The notes under the pieces were generated by a model. That model had not been told where the DNA came from. It did not search any database and saw only the letters and a list, made by a program, of their open reading frames with translations. Shown here piece after piece: positions 49,500 to 64,000 of a stretch of 64,000 nucleotides of DNA. A program made the position numbers and the translations under genes. The stretch lies in the NCBI GenBank assembly GCA_043228905.1, contig JBHGNT010000008.1:186001-250000 (forward strand), given 5' to 3'. The DNA comes from Azolla caroliniana. Taxonomy: Eukaryota; Plantae; Polypodiophyta. Positions within the stretch are counted from its first letter, which is position 1, and each line of letters begins with the position of its first letter.

Positions 49500-52400
49500 T
49501 TTCTTCATGTCTCTCGACCTGTGTTTGAAAACATTGATTTTTTAATTCCATAACATAGCTCGTATTGTTAGCTTCGATTCGCCTATTTGAACACTAAAAT
49601 CCGATATCACATGGGCCAGGTATGAACATTTTAATTTACTCTCGGCCTCTTCTCTACTTCCCTCCTTTAATTTGGTAATTTCTTCATGTCTCTCGACCTG
49701 AGTTTCAGAACATTGATTTTTTAATTCTATATCATAGCTAGCATTGTTAGCTTCGATTCCCATGTTTGAACACTACAATCCGATATCACATGGGCCAGGT
49801 ATGAACATTTTAATTTACTCTCGGCCTCTTCTCTACTCCCTCCTCTAATTTGGTAATTTCTTCATGTCTCTCGACCTGAGTTTCAAAACCTTGATTTTCT
49901 AATTCCATATCATAGCTAACATTCTTAGCTTCGATTCTCATGTTTGAACACTAAAATCCGATATCACATGGGCCAGGTATGAACATTTTAATTTACTCAT
50001 GCGCTCTTCTCAATCCCTCCTTTAATTTGGTAATTTCTTCATGTCTCTCGACATGAGTTTCAAAATCTTGATTTTTTAATTCCATATCATAGCTATCGTT
50101 GTTAGCTTCCATTTGCATGTTTGAACACTAATATCCGATATCACATGGGCCAGGTATGAACATTTTAATTTACTCTCGGGCTCTTCTCAACTCCCTCCTC
50201 AAATTTGGTTATTTCTTCATGTCTCTGAACGTGAGTTTCAAAATCCTTATTTTTTACTTCCATATGATAGCTAACATTTTAAGCTTAGATTCAAATGTTT
50301 GAACACTAAAATCCAATATCACATGGGACAGGTATGAACATTTTAATCTACTCTCGGGCTCTTCTCAACTCCCTCCTTTAATTTGGTAATTTCTTCATGT
50401 CTCTCGACCTGAGTTTCGAAAGCTTTATTTTTTAATTCCATATCATAAGTAGCATTGTTAGCTTCGATTCGCATGTTTGAACACAAAAATCCGATATCAC
50501 ATGGGCAAGGTATGAACATTTTAATTTACTCTCGGGCTCTTCTCAACTCCCTCCTCTAATTTGGTAATTTCTTCATATCTCTCGACCTGAGTTTCCAAAG
50601 CTTGATTTTCTAATGCCATATCATAGCTAGCATTGTTAGCTTCGATTCGCATGTTTGAACACTCAAATCCAATATCACATGGACCAGGTATGAACATTTT
50701 AATTTACTCTCGGGCTCTTCTCAACTCCCTCCTCTAATTTGGTAATTTCTTCATATCTCTCGACCTGAGTTTCCAGAGCTTGATTTTCTAATGCCATATC
50801 ATAGCTAGCATTGTTAGCTTCGATTCGCATGTTTGAACACTAAAATCCTATATCACATGGGCCAGGTATGAACATTTTAATTTACTCATGCGCTCTTCTC
50901 AATCCCTCCTTTAATTTGGTAATTTCTTCATGTCTCTCGACATGAGTTTCAAAATCTTGATTTTTTAATTCCATATCATAGCTATCGTTGTTAGCTTCCA
51001 TTCGCATGTTTCAACACTAAAATCCGATATCACATGGGCTAGGTATGAACATTTTAATTTACTCTCGGGCTCTTCTCAACTCCCTCCTCAAATTTGGTTA
51101 TTTCTTCATGTCTCTGAACGTGAGTTTCAAAATCCTTATTTTTTACTTTCATATGATAGCTAACATTTTAAGCTTAGATTCAAATGTTTGAACACTAAAA
51201 TCCAATATCACATGGGACAGGTATGAACATTTTAATTTACTCTCGGGCTCTTCTCAACTCCCTCCTCAAATTTGGTTATTTCTTCATGTCTCTGAACGTG
51301 AGTTTCAAAATCCTTATTTTTTACTTTCATATGATAGCTAACATTTTAAGCTTAGATTCATATGTTTGAACACTAAAATCCAATATCACATGGGACAGGT
51401 ATGAACATTTTAATCTACTCTCGGGCTCTTCTCAATCCCTCCTTTAATTTGGTAATTTCTTCATGTCTCTCGACATGAGTTTCAAAATCTTGATTTTTTA
51501 ATTCCATATCATAGCTATCGTTGTTAGCTTCCATTCGCATGTTTCAACACTAAAATCCGATATCACATGGGCCAGGTATGAACATTTTAATTTACTCTCG
51601 GGCTCTTCTCAACTCCCTCCTCAAATTTGGTAATTTCTTCATGTCTCCATAACATAGCTCGTATTGTTAGCTTCGATTCGCCTATTTGAACACTAAAATC
51701 CGATATCACATGGGCCAGGTATGAACATTTTAATTTACTCTCGGCCTCTTCTCTACTTCCCTCCTCTAATTTGGTAATTTCTTCATGTCTCTCGACCTGA
51801 GTTTCAGAACATTGATTTTTTAATTCTATATCATAGCTAGCATTGTTAGCTTCGATTCCCATGTTTGACCACTACAATCCGATATCACATGGGCAAGGTA
51901 TGAACATTTTAATTTACTCTCGGGCTCTTCTCAATCCCTCCTCTAATTTGGTAATTTGTTCATGTCTCTTGACCTGAGTTTCAAAAGCTTCATTTTTTAA
52001 TTCCATATCATAGCTAGCATTGTTAGCTTCGATTCGCCTGTTTGAACACTAAAATCCGATATTCAATGGGCCAGTTATGAACATTTCAATTTACTCTCGG
52101 CCTCTTCTCAATTCCTCCTCTAATTTGGTAATTTCTTCATGTCTCTCGACCTGAGTTTCAAAATCTTGATTTTTTAATTCCATATCATTGCTAGCATTGT
52201 TAGCTTCGATTCGCCTGTTTGAACACTAAAATCCGATCTCACATGGGCCAGTTATGAACATTTTAATTTACTCTTGGCCTCTTCTCTACTCCTTCCTCTA
52301 ATTTGGTAATTTCTTCATGTCTTTCGACATGAGTTTCAAAAGATTAATTTTTTAATTCCATATCATAGGTAGCATTGTTAGCTTCGATTCGCATGTTTGA

Positions 52401-55400
52401 ACACTAAAATCCTATATCACATGGGCCAGGTATGAACATTTTAATTTACTCATGCGCTCTTCTCAATCCCTCCTTTAATTTGGTAATTTCTTCATGTCTC
52501 TCGACATGAGTTTCAAAATCTTGATTTTTTAATTCCATATCATAGCTATCGTTGTTAGCTTCCATTCGCATGTTTGAACACTAATATCCGATATCACATG
52601 GGCCAGGTATGAACATTTTAATTTACTCTCGGGCTCTTCTCAACTCCCTCCTCAAATTTGGTTATTTCTTCATGTCTCTGAACGTGAGTTTCAAAATCCT
52701 TATTTTTTACTTCCATATGATAGCTAACATTTTAAGCTTAGATTCAAATGTTTGAACACTAAAATCCAATATCACATGGGACAGGTATGAACATTTTAAT
52801 CTACTCTCGGGCTCTTCTCAACTCCCTCCTCAAATTTGGTAATTTCTTCATGTCTCTCGACCTGAGTTTCGAAAGCTTTATTTTTTAATTCCATATCATA
52901 AGTAGCATTGTTAGCTTCGATTCGCATGTTTGAACACAAAAATCCGATATCACATGGGCAAGGTATGAACATTTTAATTTACTCTCGGGCTCTTCTCAAC
53001 TCCCTCCTCTAATTTGGTAATTTCTTTATATCTCTCGACCTGAGTTTCCAAAGCTTGATTTTCTAATGCCATATCATAGCTAGCATTGTTAGCTTCGATT
53101 CGCATGTTTGAACACTCAAATCCAATATCACATGGGCCAGGTATGAACATTTTAATTTACTCTCGGGCTCTTCTCAACTCCCTCCTCTAATTTGGTAATT
53201 TCTTCATATCTCTCGACCTGAGTTTCCAGAGCTTGATTTTCTAATGCCATATCATAGCTAGCATTGTTAGCTTCGATTTGCATGTTTGAACACTAAAATC
53301 CTATATCACATGGGCCAGGTATGAACATTTTAATTTACTCATGCGCTCTTCTCAATCCCTCCTTTAATTTGGTAATTTCTTCATGTCTCTCGACCTGAGT
53401 TTGAAAATCTTGATTTTTTAATTCCATGTCATAGCTATCGTTGTTAGCTTCCATTCGCATGTTTCAACACTAAAATCCGATATCACATGGGCCAGGTATG
53501 AATATTTTAATTTACTCTCGGGCTCTTCTCAACTCCCTCCTCAAATTTGGTTATTTCTTCATGTCTCTGAACGTGAGTTTCAAAATCCTTATTTTTTACT
53601 TCCATATGATAGCTAACATTTTAAGCTTAGATTCAAATGTTTGAACACTAAAATCCAATATCACATGGGACAGGTATGAACATTTTAATCTACTCTCGGG
53701 CTCTTCTCAACTCCCTCCTCAAATTTGGTAATTTCTTCATGTCTCTCGACCTGAGTTTCGAAAGCTTGATTTTTTAATTCCATATCATAAGTAGCATTGT
53801 TAGCTTCGATTGGCATGTTTGAACACAAAAATCCGATATCACATGGGCAAGGTATGAACATTTTAATTTACTCTCGGGCTCTTCTCAACTCCCTCCTCTA
53901 ATTTGGTAATTTCTTCATATCTCTCGACCTGAGTTTCAAAAGCTTGATTTTCTAATTCCATCTCATAGCTAGCATTCTTAGCTTCGATTCGCATGTTTGA
54001 ACACTCAAATCCGATATCACATGGGCCAGGTATGAACATTTTAATTTACTCTCGGGCTCTTCTCAACTCCCTCCTCAAATTTGGTTATTTCTTCATGTCT
54101 CTGAACGTGAGTTTCAAAATCCTTATTTTTTACTTCCATATGATAGGTAACATTTTAAGCTTAGATTCAAATGTTTCAACACTAAAATCCAATATCACAT
54201 GGGACAGGTATGAACATTTTAATCTACTCACGGGCTCTTCTCAACTCCCTCCTCAAATTTGGTAATTTCTTCATGTCTCTCGACCTGAGTTTCGAAAGCT
54301 TGATTTTTTAATTCCATATCATAAGTAGCATTGTTAGCTTCGATTCGCATGTTTGAACACAAAAATCCGATATCACATGGGCAAGGTATGAACATTTTAA
54401 TTTACTCTCGGGCTCTTCTCAACTCCCTCCTCTAATTTGCTAATTTCTTCATATCTCTCGACCTGAGTTTCCAAAGCTTGATTTTCTAATGCTATATCAT
54501 AGCTAGCATTGTTAGCTTCGATTCGCATGTTTGAACACTCAAATCCAATATCAGATGGGCCAGGTATGAACATTTTAATTTACTCTCGGGCTCTTCTCAA
54601 CTCCCTCCTCTAATTTGGTAATTTCTTCATATCTCTCGACCTGAGTTTCCAGAGCTTGATTTTCTAATGCCATATCATAGCTAGCATTGTTAGCTTCGAT
54701 TCGCATGTTTGAACACTAAAATCCTATATCACATGGGCCAGGTATGAACATTTTAATTTACTCATGCGCTCTTCTCAATCCCTCCTTTAATTTGGTAATT
54801 TCTTCATGTCTCTCGACATGAGTTTCAAAATCTTGATTTTTAATTCCATATCATAGCTATCGTTGTTAGCTTCCATTCGCATGTTTGAACACTAAAATCC
54901 GATATCACATGGGCCAGGTATGAACATTTTAATTTACTCTCGGGCTCTTCTCAACTCCCTCCTCAAATTTGGTTATTTCTTCATGTCTCTGAACGTGAGT
55001 TTCAAAATCCTTATTTTTTACTTCCATATGATAGCTAACATTTTAAACTTAGATTCAAATGTTTGAACACCAAAATCCAATATCACATGGGACAGGTATG
55101 AACATTTTAATCTACTCTCGGGCTCTTCTCAACTCCCTCCTCAAATTTGGTAATTTCTTCATGTCTCTCGACCTGAGTTTCGAAAGCTTGATTTTTTAAT
55201 TCCATATCATAAGTAGCATTGTTAGCTTCGATTGGCATGTTTGAACACAAAAATCCGATATCACATGGGCAAGGTATGAACATTTTAATTTACTCTCGGA
55301 CTCTTCTCAACTCCCTCCTCTAATTTGGTAATTTCTTCATATCTCTCGACCTGAGTTTCAAAAGCTTGATTTTCTAATTCCATATCATAGCTAGCATTGT

Positions 55401-58400
55401 TAGCTTCGATTCGCATGTTTGAACACTCAAATCCGATATCACATGGGCCAGGTATGAACATTTTAATTTTCTCTCGGGCTCTTCTCAACTCCCTCCTCAA
55501 ATTTGGTTATTTCTTCATGTCTCTTGACGTGAGTTTCAAAAGCTTGATTTTTGAATTCCATATCATGGTAGCTTTGCTAGCTTCGATTCGCATGTTTGAA
55601 CACAAAAATCCGATATCACATGCGCCAGGTATAAACATTTTAATTTACTCTCGGGCTCTTCTCTACTCCCTCCTCTAATTTTGGAATTTCTTCATGTCTC
55701 TCGACCTGAGTTTCAAAATCTTGATTTTTGATCTGCATAACATAGCTCGCATTGTTAGCTTCGGTTCGCATATTTGAACACTAAAATCCGATATCACATG
55801 GGCCAGGTATGAACATTTTAATTTACTCTCGGCCTCTTCTCTACTCCCTCCTCTAATTTGGTAATTTCTTCATGTCTCTCGACCTGAGTTTCAAAACCTT
55901 GATTTTTTAATTCCATATCATAGCTAACATTCTTAGCTTCGATTCTCATGTTTGAACACTAAAATCCGATATCACATGGGCCAGGTATGAACATTTTAAT
56001 TTACTCTCGGGCTCTTCTCAATCCCTCCTCTAATTTGGTAATTTGTTCATGTCTCTTGACCTGAGTTTCAAAAGCTTCATTTTTTAATTCCATATCATAG
56101 CTAGCATTGTTAGCTTCGATTCGCCTGTTTGAACACTAAAATCCGATATTCAATGGGCCAGTTATGAACATTTCAATTTACTCTCGGCCTCTTCTCAATT
56201 CCTCCTCTAATTTGGTAATTTCTTCATGTCTCTCGACCTGAGTTTCAAAATCTTGATTTTTTAATTCCATATCATTGCTAGCATTGTTAGCTTCGATTCG
56301 CCTGTTTGAACACTAAAATCCGATCTCACATGGGCCAGTTATGAACATTTTAATTTACTCTTGGCCTCTTCTCTACTCCTTCCTCTAATTTGGTAATTTC
56401 TTCATGTCTTTCGACATGAGTTTCAAAAGATTAATTTTTTAATTCCATATCATAGGTAGCATTGTTAGCTTCGATTCGCATGTTTGAACACTAAAATCCT
56501 ATATCACATGGGCCAGGTATGAACATTTTAATTTACTCATGCGCTCTTCTCAATCCCTCCTTTAATTTGGTAATTTCTTCATGTCTCTCGACATGAGTTT
56601 CAAAATCTTGATTTTTTAATTCCATATCATAGCTATCGTTGTTAGCTTCCATTCGCATGTTTGAACACTAATATCCGATATCACATGGGCCAGGTATGAA
56701 CATTTTAATTTACTCTCGGGCTCTTCTCAACTCCCTCCTCAAATTTGGTTATTTCTTCATGTCTCTGAACGTGAGTTTCAAAATCCTTATTTTTTACTTC
56801 CATATGATAGGTAACATTTTAAGCTTAGATTCAAATGTTTGAACACTAAAATCCAATATCACATGGGACAGGTATGAACATTTTAATCTACTCTCGGGCT
56901 CTTCTCAACTCCCTCCTCAAATTTGGTAATTTCTTCATGTCTCTCGACCTGAGTTTCGAAAGCTTTATTTTTTAATTCCATATCATAAGTAGCATTGTTA
57001 GCTTCGATTCGCATGTTTGAACACAAAAATCCGATATCACATGGGCAAGGTATGAACATTTTCATTTACTCTCGGGCTCTTCTCAACTCCCTCCTCTAAT
57101 TTGGTAATTTCTTTATATCTCTCGACCTGAGTTTCCAAAGCTTGATTTTCTAATGCCATATCATAGCTAGCATTGTTAGCTTCGATTCGCATGTTTGAAC
57201 ACTCAAATCCAATATCACATGGGCCAGGTATGAACATTTTAATTTACTCTCGGGCTCTTCTCAACTCCCTCCTCTAATTTGGTAATTTCTTCATATCTCT
57301 CGACCTGAGTTTCCAGAGCTTGATTTTCTAATGCCATATCATAGCTAGCATTGTTAGCTTCGATTTGCATGTTTGAACACTAAAATCCTATATCACATGG
57401 GCCAGGTATGAACATTTTAATTTACTCATGCGCTCTTCTCAATCCCTCCTTTAATTTGGTAATTTCTTCATGTCTCTCGACATGAGTTTCAAAATCTTGA
57501 TTTTTTAATTCCATATCATAGCTATCGTTGTTAGCTTCCATTCGCATGTTTCAACACTAAAATCCGATATCACATGGGCCAGGTATGAATATTTTAATTT
57601 ACTCTCGGGCTCTTCTCAACTCCCTCCTCAAATTTGGTTATTTCTTCATGTCTCTGAACGTGAGTTTCAAAATCCTTATTTTTTACTTCCATATGATAGC
57701 TAACATTTTAAGCTTAGATTCAAATGTTTGAACACTAAAATCCAATATCACATGGGACAGGTATGAACATTTTAATCTACTCTCGGGCTCTTCTCAACTC
57801 CCTCCTCAAATTTGGTAATTTCTTCATGTCTCTCGACCTGAGTTTCGAAAGCTTGATTTTTTAATTCCATATCATAAGTAGCATTGTTAGCTTCGATTGG
57901 CATGTTTGAACACAAAAATCCGATATCACATGGGCAAGGTATGAACATTTTAATTTACTCTCGGGCTCTTCTCAACTCCCTCCTCTAATTTGGTAATTTC
58001 TTCATATCTCTCGACCTGAGTTTCAAAAGCTTGATTTTCTAATTCCATATCATAGCTAGCATTGTTAGCTTCGATTCGCATGTTTGAACACTCAAATCCG
58101 ATATCACATGGGCCAGGTATGAACATTTTAATTTACTCTCGGGCTCTTCTCAACTCCCTCCTCAAATTTGGTTATTTCTTCATGTCTCTGAACGTGAGTT
58201 TCAAAATCCTTATTTTTTACTTCCATATGATAGGTAACATTTTAAGCTTAGATTCAAATGTTTCAACACTAAAATCCAATATCACATGGGACAGGTATGA
58301 ACATTTTAATCTACTCACGGGCTCTTCTCAACTCCCTCCTCAAATTTGGTAATTTCTTCATGTCTCTCGACCTGAGTTTCGAAAGCTTGATTTTTTAATT

Positions 58401-61400
58401 CCATATCATAAGTAGCATTGTTAGCTTCGATTCGCATGTTTGAACACAAAAATCCGATATCACATGGGCAAGGTATGAACATTTTAATTTACTCTCGGGC
58501 TCTTCTCAACTCCCTCCTCTAATTTGCTAATTTCTTCATATCTCTCGACCTGAGTTTCCAAAGCTTGATTTTCTAATGCTATATCATAGCTAGCATTGTT
58601 AGCTTCGATTCGCATGTTTGAACACTCAAATCCAATATCACATGGGCCAGGTATGAACATTTTAATTTACTCTCGGGCTCTTCTCAACTCCCTCCTCTAA
58701 TTTGGTAATTTCTTCATATCTCTCGACCTGAGTTTCCAGAGCTTGATTTTCTAATGCCATATCATAGCTAGCATTGTTAGCTTCGATTCGCATGTTTGAA
58801 CACTAAAATCCTATATCACATGGGCCAGGTATGAACATTTTAATTTACTCATGCGCTCTTCTCAATCCCTCCTTTAATTTGGTAATTTCTTCATGTCTCT
58901 CGACATGAGTTTCAAAATCTTGATTTTTAATTCCATATCATAGCTATCGTTGTTAGCTTCCATTCGCATGTTTGAACACTAAAATCCGATATCACATGGG
59001 CCAGGTATGAACATTTTAATTTACTCTCGGGCTCTTCTCAACTCCCTCCTCAAATTTGGTTATTTCTTCATGTCTCTGAACGTGAGTTTCAAAATCCTTA
59101 TTTTTTACTTCCATATGATAGCTAACATTTTAAACTTAGATTCAAATGTTTGAACACCAAAATCCAATATCACATGGGACAGGTATGAACATTTTAATCT
59201 ACTCTCGGGCTCTTCTCAACTCCCTCCTCAAATTTGGTAATTTCTTCATGTCTCTCGACCTGAGTTTCGAAAGCTTGATTTTTTAATTCCATATCATAAG
59301 TAGCATTGTTAGCTTCGATTGGCATGTTTGAACACAAAAATCCGATATCACATGGGCAAGGTATGAACATTTTAATTTACTCTCGGACTCTTCTCAACTC
59401 CCTCCTCTAATTTGGTAGTTTCTTCATATCTCTCGACCTGAGTTTCAAAAGCTTGATTTTCTAATTCCATATCATAGCTAGCATTGTTAGCTTCGATTCG
59501 CATGTTTGAACACTCAAATCCGATATCACATGGGCCAGGTATGAACATTTTAATTTTCTCTCGGGCTCTTCTCAACTCCCTCCTCAAATTTGGTTATTTC
59601 TTCATGTCTCTTGACGTGAGTTTCAAAAGCTTGATTTTTGAATTCCATATCATAGGTAGCTTTGCTAGCTTCGATTCGCATGTTTGAACACAAAAATCCG
59701 ATATCACATGCGCCAGGTATAAACATTTTAATTTACTCTCGGGCTCTTCTCTACTCCCTCCTCTAATTTTGGAATTTCTTCATGTCTCTCGACCTGAGTT
59801 TCAAAATCTTGATTTTTGATCTGCATAACATAGCTCGTATTGTTAGCTTCGGTTCGCATATTTGAACACTAAAATCCGATATCACATGGGCCAGGTATGA
59901 ACATTTTAATTTACTCTCGGCCTCTTCTCTACTCCCTCCTCTAATTTGGTAATTTCTTCATGTCTCTCGACCTGAGTTTCAAAACCTTGATTTTTTAATT
60001 CCATATCATAGCTAACATTCTTAGCTTCGATTCTCATGTTTGAACACTAAAATCCGATATCACATGGGCCAGGTATGAACATTTTAATTTACTCTCGGGC
60101 TCTTCTCAACTCCCTCCTCAAATTTGGTTATTTCTTCATGTCTCTGAACGTGAGTTTCAAAATCCTTATTTTTTACTTCCATATGATAGGTAACATTTTA
60201 AGCTTAGATTCAAATGTTTCAACACTAAAATCCAATATCACATGGGACAGGTATGAACATTTTAATCTACTCACGGGCTCTTCTCAACTCCCTCCTCAAA
60301 TTTGGTAATTTCTTCATGTCTCTCGACCTGAGTTTCGAAAGCTTGATTTTTTAATTCCATATCATAAGTAGCATTGTTAGCTTCGATTCGCATGTTTGAA
60401 CACAAAAATCCGATATCACATGGGCAAGGTATGAACATTTTAATTTACTCTCGGGCTCTTCTCAATCCCTCCTCTAATTTGGTAATTTGTTCATGTCTCT
60501 TGACCTGAGTTTCAAAAGCTTCATTTTTTAATTCCATATCATAGCTAGCATTGTTAGCTTCGATTCGCCTGTTTGAACACTAAAATCCGATATTCAATGG
60601 GCCAGTTATGAACATTTCAATTTACTCTCGGCCTCTTCTCAATTCCTCCTCTAATTTGGTAATTTCTTCATGTCTCTCGACCTGAGTTTCAAAATCTTGA
60701 TTTTTTAATTCCATATCATTGCTAGCATTGTTAGCTTCGATTCGCCTGTTTGAACACTAAAATCCGATCTCACATGGGCCAGTTATGAACATTTTAATTT
60801 ACTCTTGGCCTCTTCTCTACTCCTTCCTCTAATTTGGTAATTTCTTCATGTCTTTCGACATGAGTTTCAAAAGATTAATTTTTTAATTCCATATCATAGG
60901 TAGCATTGTTAGCTTCGATTCGCATGTTTGAACACTAAAATCCTATATCACATGGGCCAGGTATGAACATTTTAATTTACTCATGCGCTCTTCTCAATCC
61001 CTCCTTTAATTTGGTAATTTCTTCATGTCTCTCGACATGAGTTTCAAAATCTTGATTTTTTAATTCCATATCATAGCTATCGTTGTTAGCTTCCATTCGC
61101 ATGTTTGAACACTAATATCCGATATCACATGGGCCAGGTATGAACATTTTAATTTACTCTCGGGCTCTTCTCAACTCCCTCCTCAAATTTGGTTATTTCT
61201 TCATGTCTCTGAACGTGAGTTTCAAAATCCTTATTTTTTACTTCCATATGATAGGTAACATTTTAAGCTTAGATTCAAATGTTTGAACACTAAAATCCAA
61301 TATCACATGGGACAGGTATGAACATTTTAATCTACTCTCGGGCTCTTCTCAACTCCCTCCTCAAATTTGGTAATTTCTTCATGTCTCTCGACCTGAGTTT

Positions 61401-64000
61401 CGAAAGCTTTATTTTTTAATTCCATATCATAAGTAGCATTGTTAGCTTCGATTCGCATGTTTGAACACAAAAATCCGATATCACATGGGCAAGGTATGAA
61501 CATTTTCATTTACTCTCGGGCTCTTCTCAACTCCCTCCTCTAATTTGGTAATTTCTTAATATCTCTCGACCTGAGTTTCCAAAGCTTGATTTTCTAATGC
61601 CATATCATAGCTAGCATTGTTAGCTTCGATTCGCATGTTTGAACACTCAAATCCAATATCACATGGGCCAGGTATGAACATTTTAATTTACTCTCGGGCT
61701 CTTCTCAACTCCCTCCTCTAATTTGGTAATTTCTTCATATCTCTCGACCTGAGTTTCCAGAGCTTGATTTTCTAATGCCATATCATAGCTAGCATTGTTA
61801 GCTTCGATTTGCATGTTTGAACACTAAAATCCTATATCACATGGGCCAGGTATGAACATTTTAATTTACTCATGCGCTCTTCTCAATCCCTCCTTTAATT
61901 TGGTAATTTCTTCATGTCTCTCGACATGAGTTTCAAAATCTTGATTTTTTAATTCCATATCATAGCTATCGTTGTTAGCTTCCATTCGCATGTTTCAACA
62001 CTAAAATCCGATATCACATGGGCCAGGTATGAATATTTTAATTTACTCTCGGGCTCTTCTCAACTCCCTCCTCAAATTTGGTTATTTCTTCATGTCTCTG
62101 AACGTGAGTTTCAAAATCCTTATTTTTTACTTCCATATGATAGCTAACATTTTAAGCTTAGATTCAAATGTTTGAACACTAAAATCCAATATCACATGGG
62201 ACAGGTATGAACATTTTAATCTACTCTCGGGCTCTTCTCAACTCCCTCCTCAAATTTGGTAATTTCTTCATGTCTCTCGACCTGAGTTTCGAAAGCTTGA
62301 TTTTTTAATTCCATATCATAAGTAGCATTGTTAGCTTCGATTCGCATGTTTGAACACAAAAATCCGATATCACATGGGCAAGGTATGAACATTTTAATTT
62401 ACTCTCGGGCTCTTCTCAACTCCCTCCTCTAATTTGGTAATTTCTTCATATCTCTCGACCTGAGTTTCAAAAGCTTGATTTTCTAATTCCATATCATAGC
62501 TAGCATTGTTAGCTTCGATTCGCATGTTTGAACACTCAAATCCGATATCACATGGGCCAGGTATGAACATTTTAATTTACTCTCGGGCTCTTCTCAACTC
62601 CCTCCTCAAATTTGGTTATTTCTTCATGTCTCTGAACGTGAGTTTCAAAATCCTTATTTTTTACTTCCATATGATAGGTAACATTTTAAGCTTAGATTCA
62701 AATGTTTGAACACTAAAATCCAATATCACATGGGACAGGTATGAACATTTTAATCTACTCTCGGGCTCTTCTCAACTCCCTCCTCAAATTTGGTAATTTC
62801 TTCATGTCTCTCGACCTGAGTTTCGAAAGCTTGATTTTTTAATTCCATATCATAAGTAGCATTGTTAGCTTCGATTCGCATGTTTGAACACAAAAATCCG
62901 ATATCACATGGGCAAGGTATGAACATTTTAATTTACTCTCGGGCTCTTCTCAACTCCCTCCTCTAATTTGGTAATTTCTTCATATCTCTCGACCTGAGTT
63001 TCAAAAGCTTGATTTTCTAATTCCATATCATAGCTAGCATTGTTAGCTTCGATTCGCATGTTTGAACACTCAAATCCGATATCACATGGGCCAGGTATGA
63101 ACATTTTAATTTACTCTCGGGCTCTTCTCAACTCCCTCCTCAAATTTGGTTATTTCTTCATGTCTCTGAACGTGAGTTTCAAAATCCTTATTTTTTACTT
63201 CCATATGATAGGTAACATTTTAAGCTTAGATTCAAATGTTTCAACACTAAAATCCAATATCACATGGGACAGGTATGAACATTTTAATCTACTCACGGGC
63301 TCTTCTCAACTCCCTCCTCAAATTTGGTAATTTCTTCATGTCTCTCGACCTGAGTTTCGAAAGCTTGATTTTTTAATTCCATATCATAAGTAGCATTGTT
63401 AGCTTCGATTCGCATGTTTGAACACAAAAATCCGATATCACATGGGCAAGGTATGAACATTTTAATTTACTCTCGGGCTCTTCTCAATCCCTCCTCTAAT
63501 TTGGTAATTTGTTCATGTCTCTTGACCTGAGTTTCAAAAGCTTCATTTTTTAATTCCATATCATAGCTAGCATTGTTAGCTTCGATTCGCCTGTTTGAAC
63601 ACTAAAATCCGATATTCAATGGGCCAGTTATGAACATTTCAATTTACTCTCGGCCTCTTCTCAATTCCTCCTCTAATTTGGTAATTTCTTCATGTCTCTC
63701 GACCTGAGTTTCAAAATCTTGATTTTTTAATTCCATATCATTGCTAGCATTGTTAGCTTCGATTCGCCTGTTTGAACACTAAAATCCGATCTCACATGGG
63801 CCAGTTATGAACATTTTAATTTACTCTTGGCCTCTTCTCTACTCCTTCCTCTAATTTGGTAATTTCTTCATGTCTTTCGACATGAGTTTCAAAAGATTAA
63901 TTTTTTAATTCCATATCATAGGTAGCATTGTTAGCTTCGATTCGCATGTTTGAACACTAAAATCCTATATCACATGGGCCAGGTATGAACATTTTAATTT
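49500..64000. repeat. Distinct satellite subfamily domain: ~889-bp 5-mer core assembled into 23-, 25- and 17-mer HORs
   Basis: Diagnostic variants I did not see to the left: GCTATCGTTG, TCTCTGAACGTG, ACATTTTAAGCTTAGATTC, CATAAGTAGC, GGGCAAGGT, TTCCAGAGCT. Marker ATTTGTTCATG at 51954, 56041, 60485 and 63507 gives periods of 4087, 4444 and 3022. Confidence 0.85.

Larger units (their letters stand above)
34325..64000. repeat. ~178-bp tandem satellite array, right arm (same family and orientation)
   Basis: The satellite resumes at TATCATAGGTAGCTGTGCTAGCTTCG (34325) and continues to the end of the window. Confidence 0.98.

Noticed and set aside
2126-63330. Dozens of near-identical 60-96 aa ORFs (MLASIRMFEH..., MEVKNKDF..., MFIPGPCD...)
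   Set aside because: They are chance translations of the satellite. The 178-bp period is not a multiple of 3, they occur on both strands, and they show no recognisable domain.
1-64000. CRISPR-like array
   Set aside because: There are no unique spacers, whole monomers repeat, and no cas genes are present.

Overview
This window is eukaryotic heterochromatin-type DNA. About 61 kb of the 64 kb is one head-to-tail array of a ~178-bp AT-rich satellite with local higher-order repeats (HORs) and a distinct subfamily beyond ~49.5 kb; it looks centromeric or pericentromeric and is not Arabidopsis CEN180 as I recall it. The array is interrupted once, at ~31,673-34,324, by a 2.65-kb 5'-truncated Penelope-like retroelement (PLE) on the minus strand. 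The PLE keeps an uninterrupted 377-codon RT+thumb frame, longer than the ORF track shows, with no C-terminal GIY-YIG endonuclease. Its 1.5-kb 3' region holds a polypyrimidine tract, a complete minimal type I hammerhead ribozyme with a palindromic stem III, and a terminal duplicated module rich in ~1.5-unit plant-type telomere motifs (RNA: CCCUAAACCCU). There is no target-site duplication; there is a small target deletion and the two flanks belong to different HOR contexts. The most interesting reading, which is inference, is a ribozyme-bearing, telomere-adapted PLE captured at a break in a centromere-like satellite. All other ORFs in the track are translation artefacts of the satellite or of low-complexity DNA.
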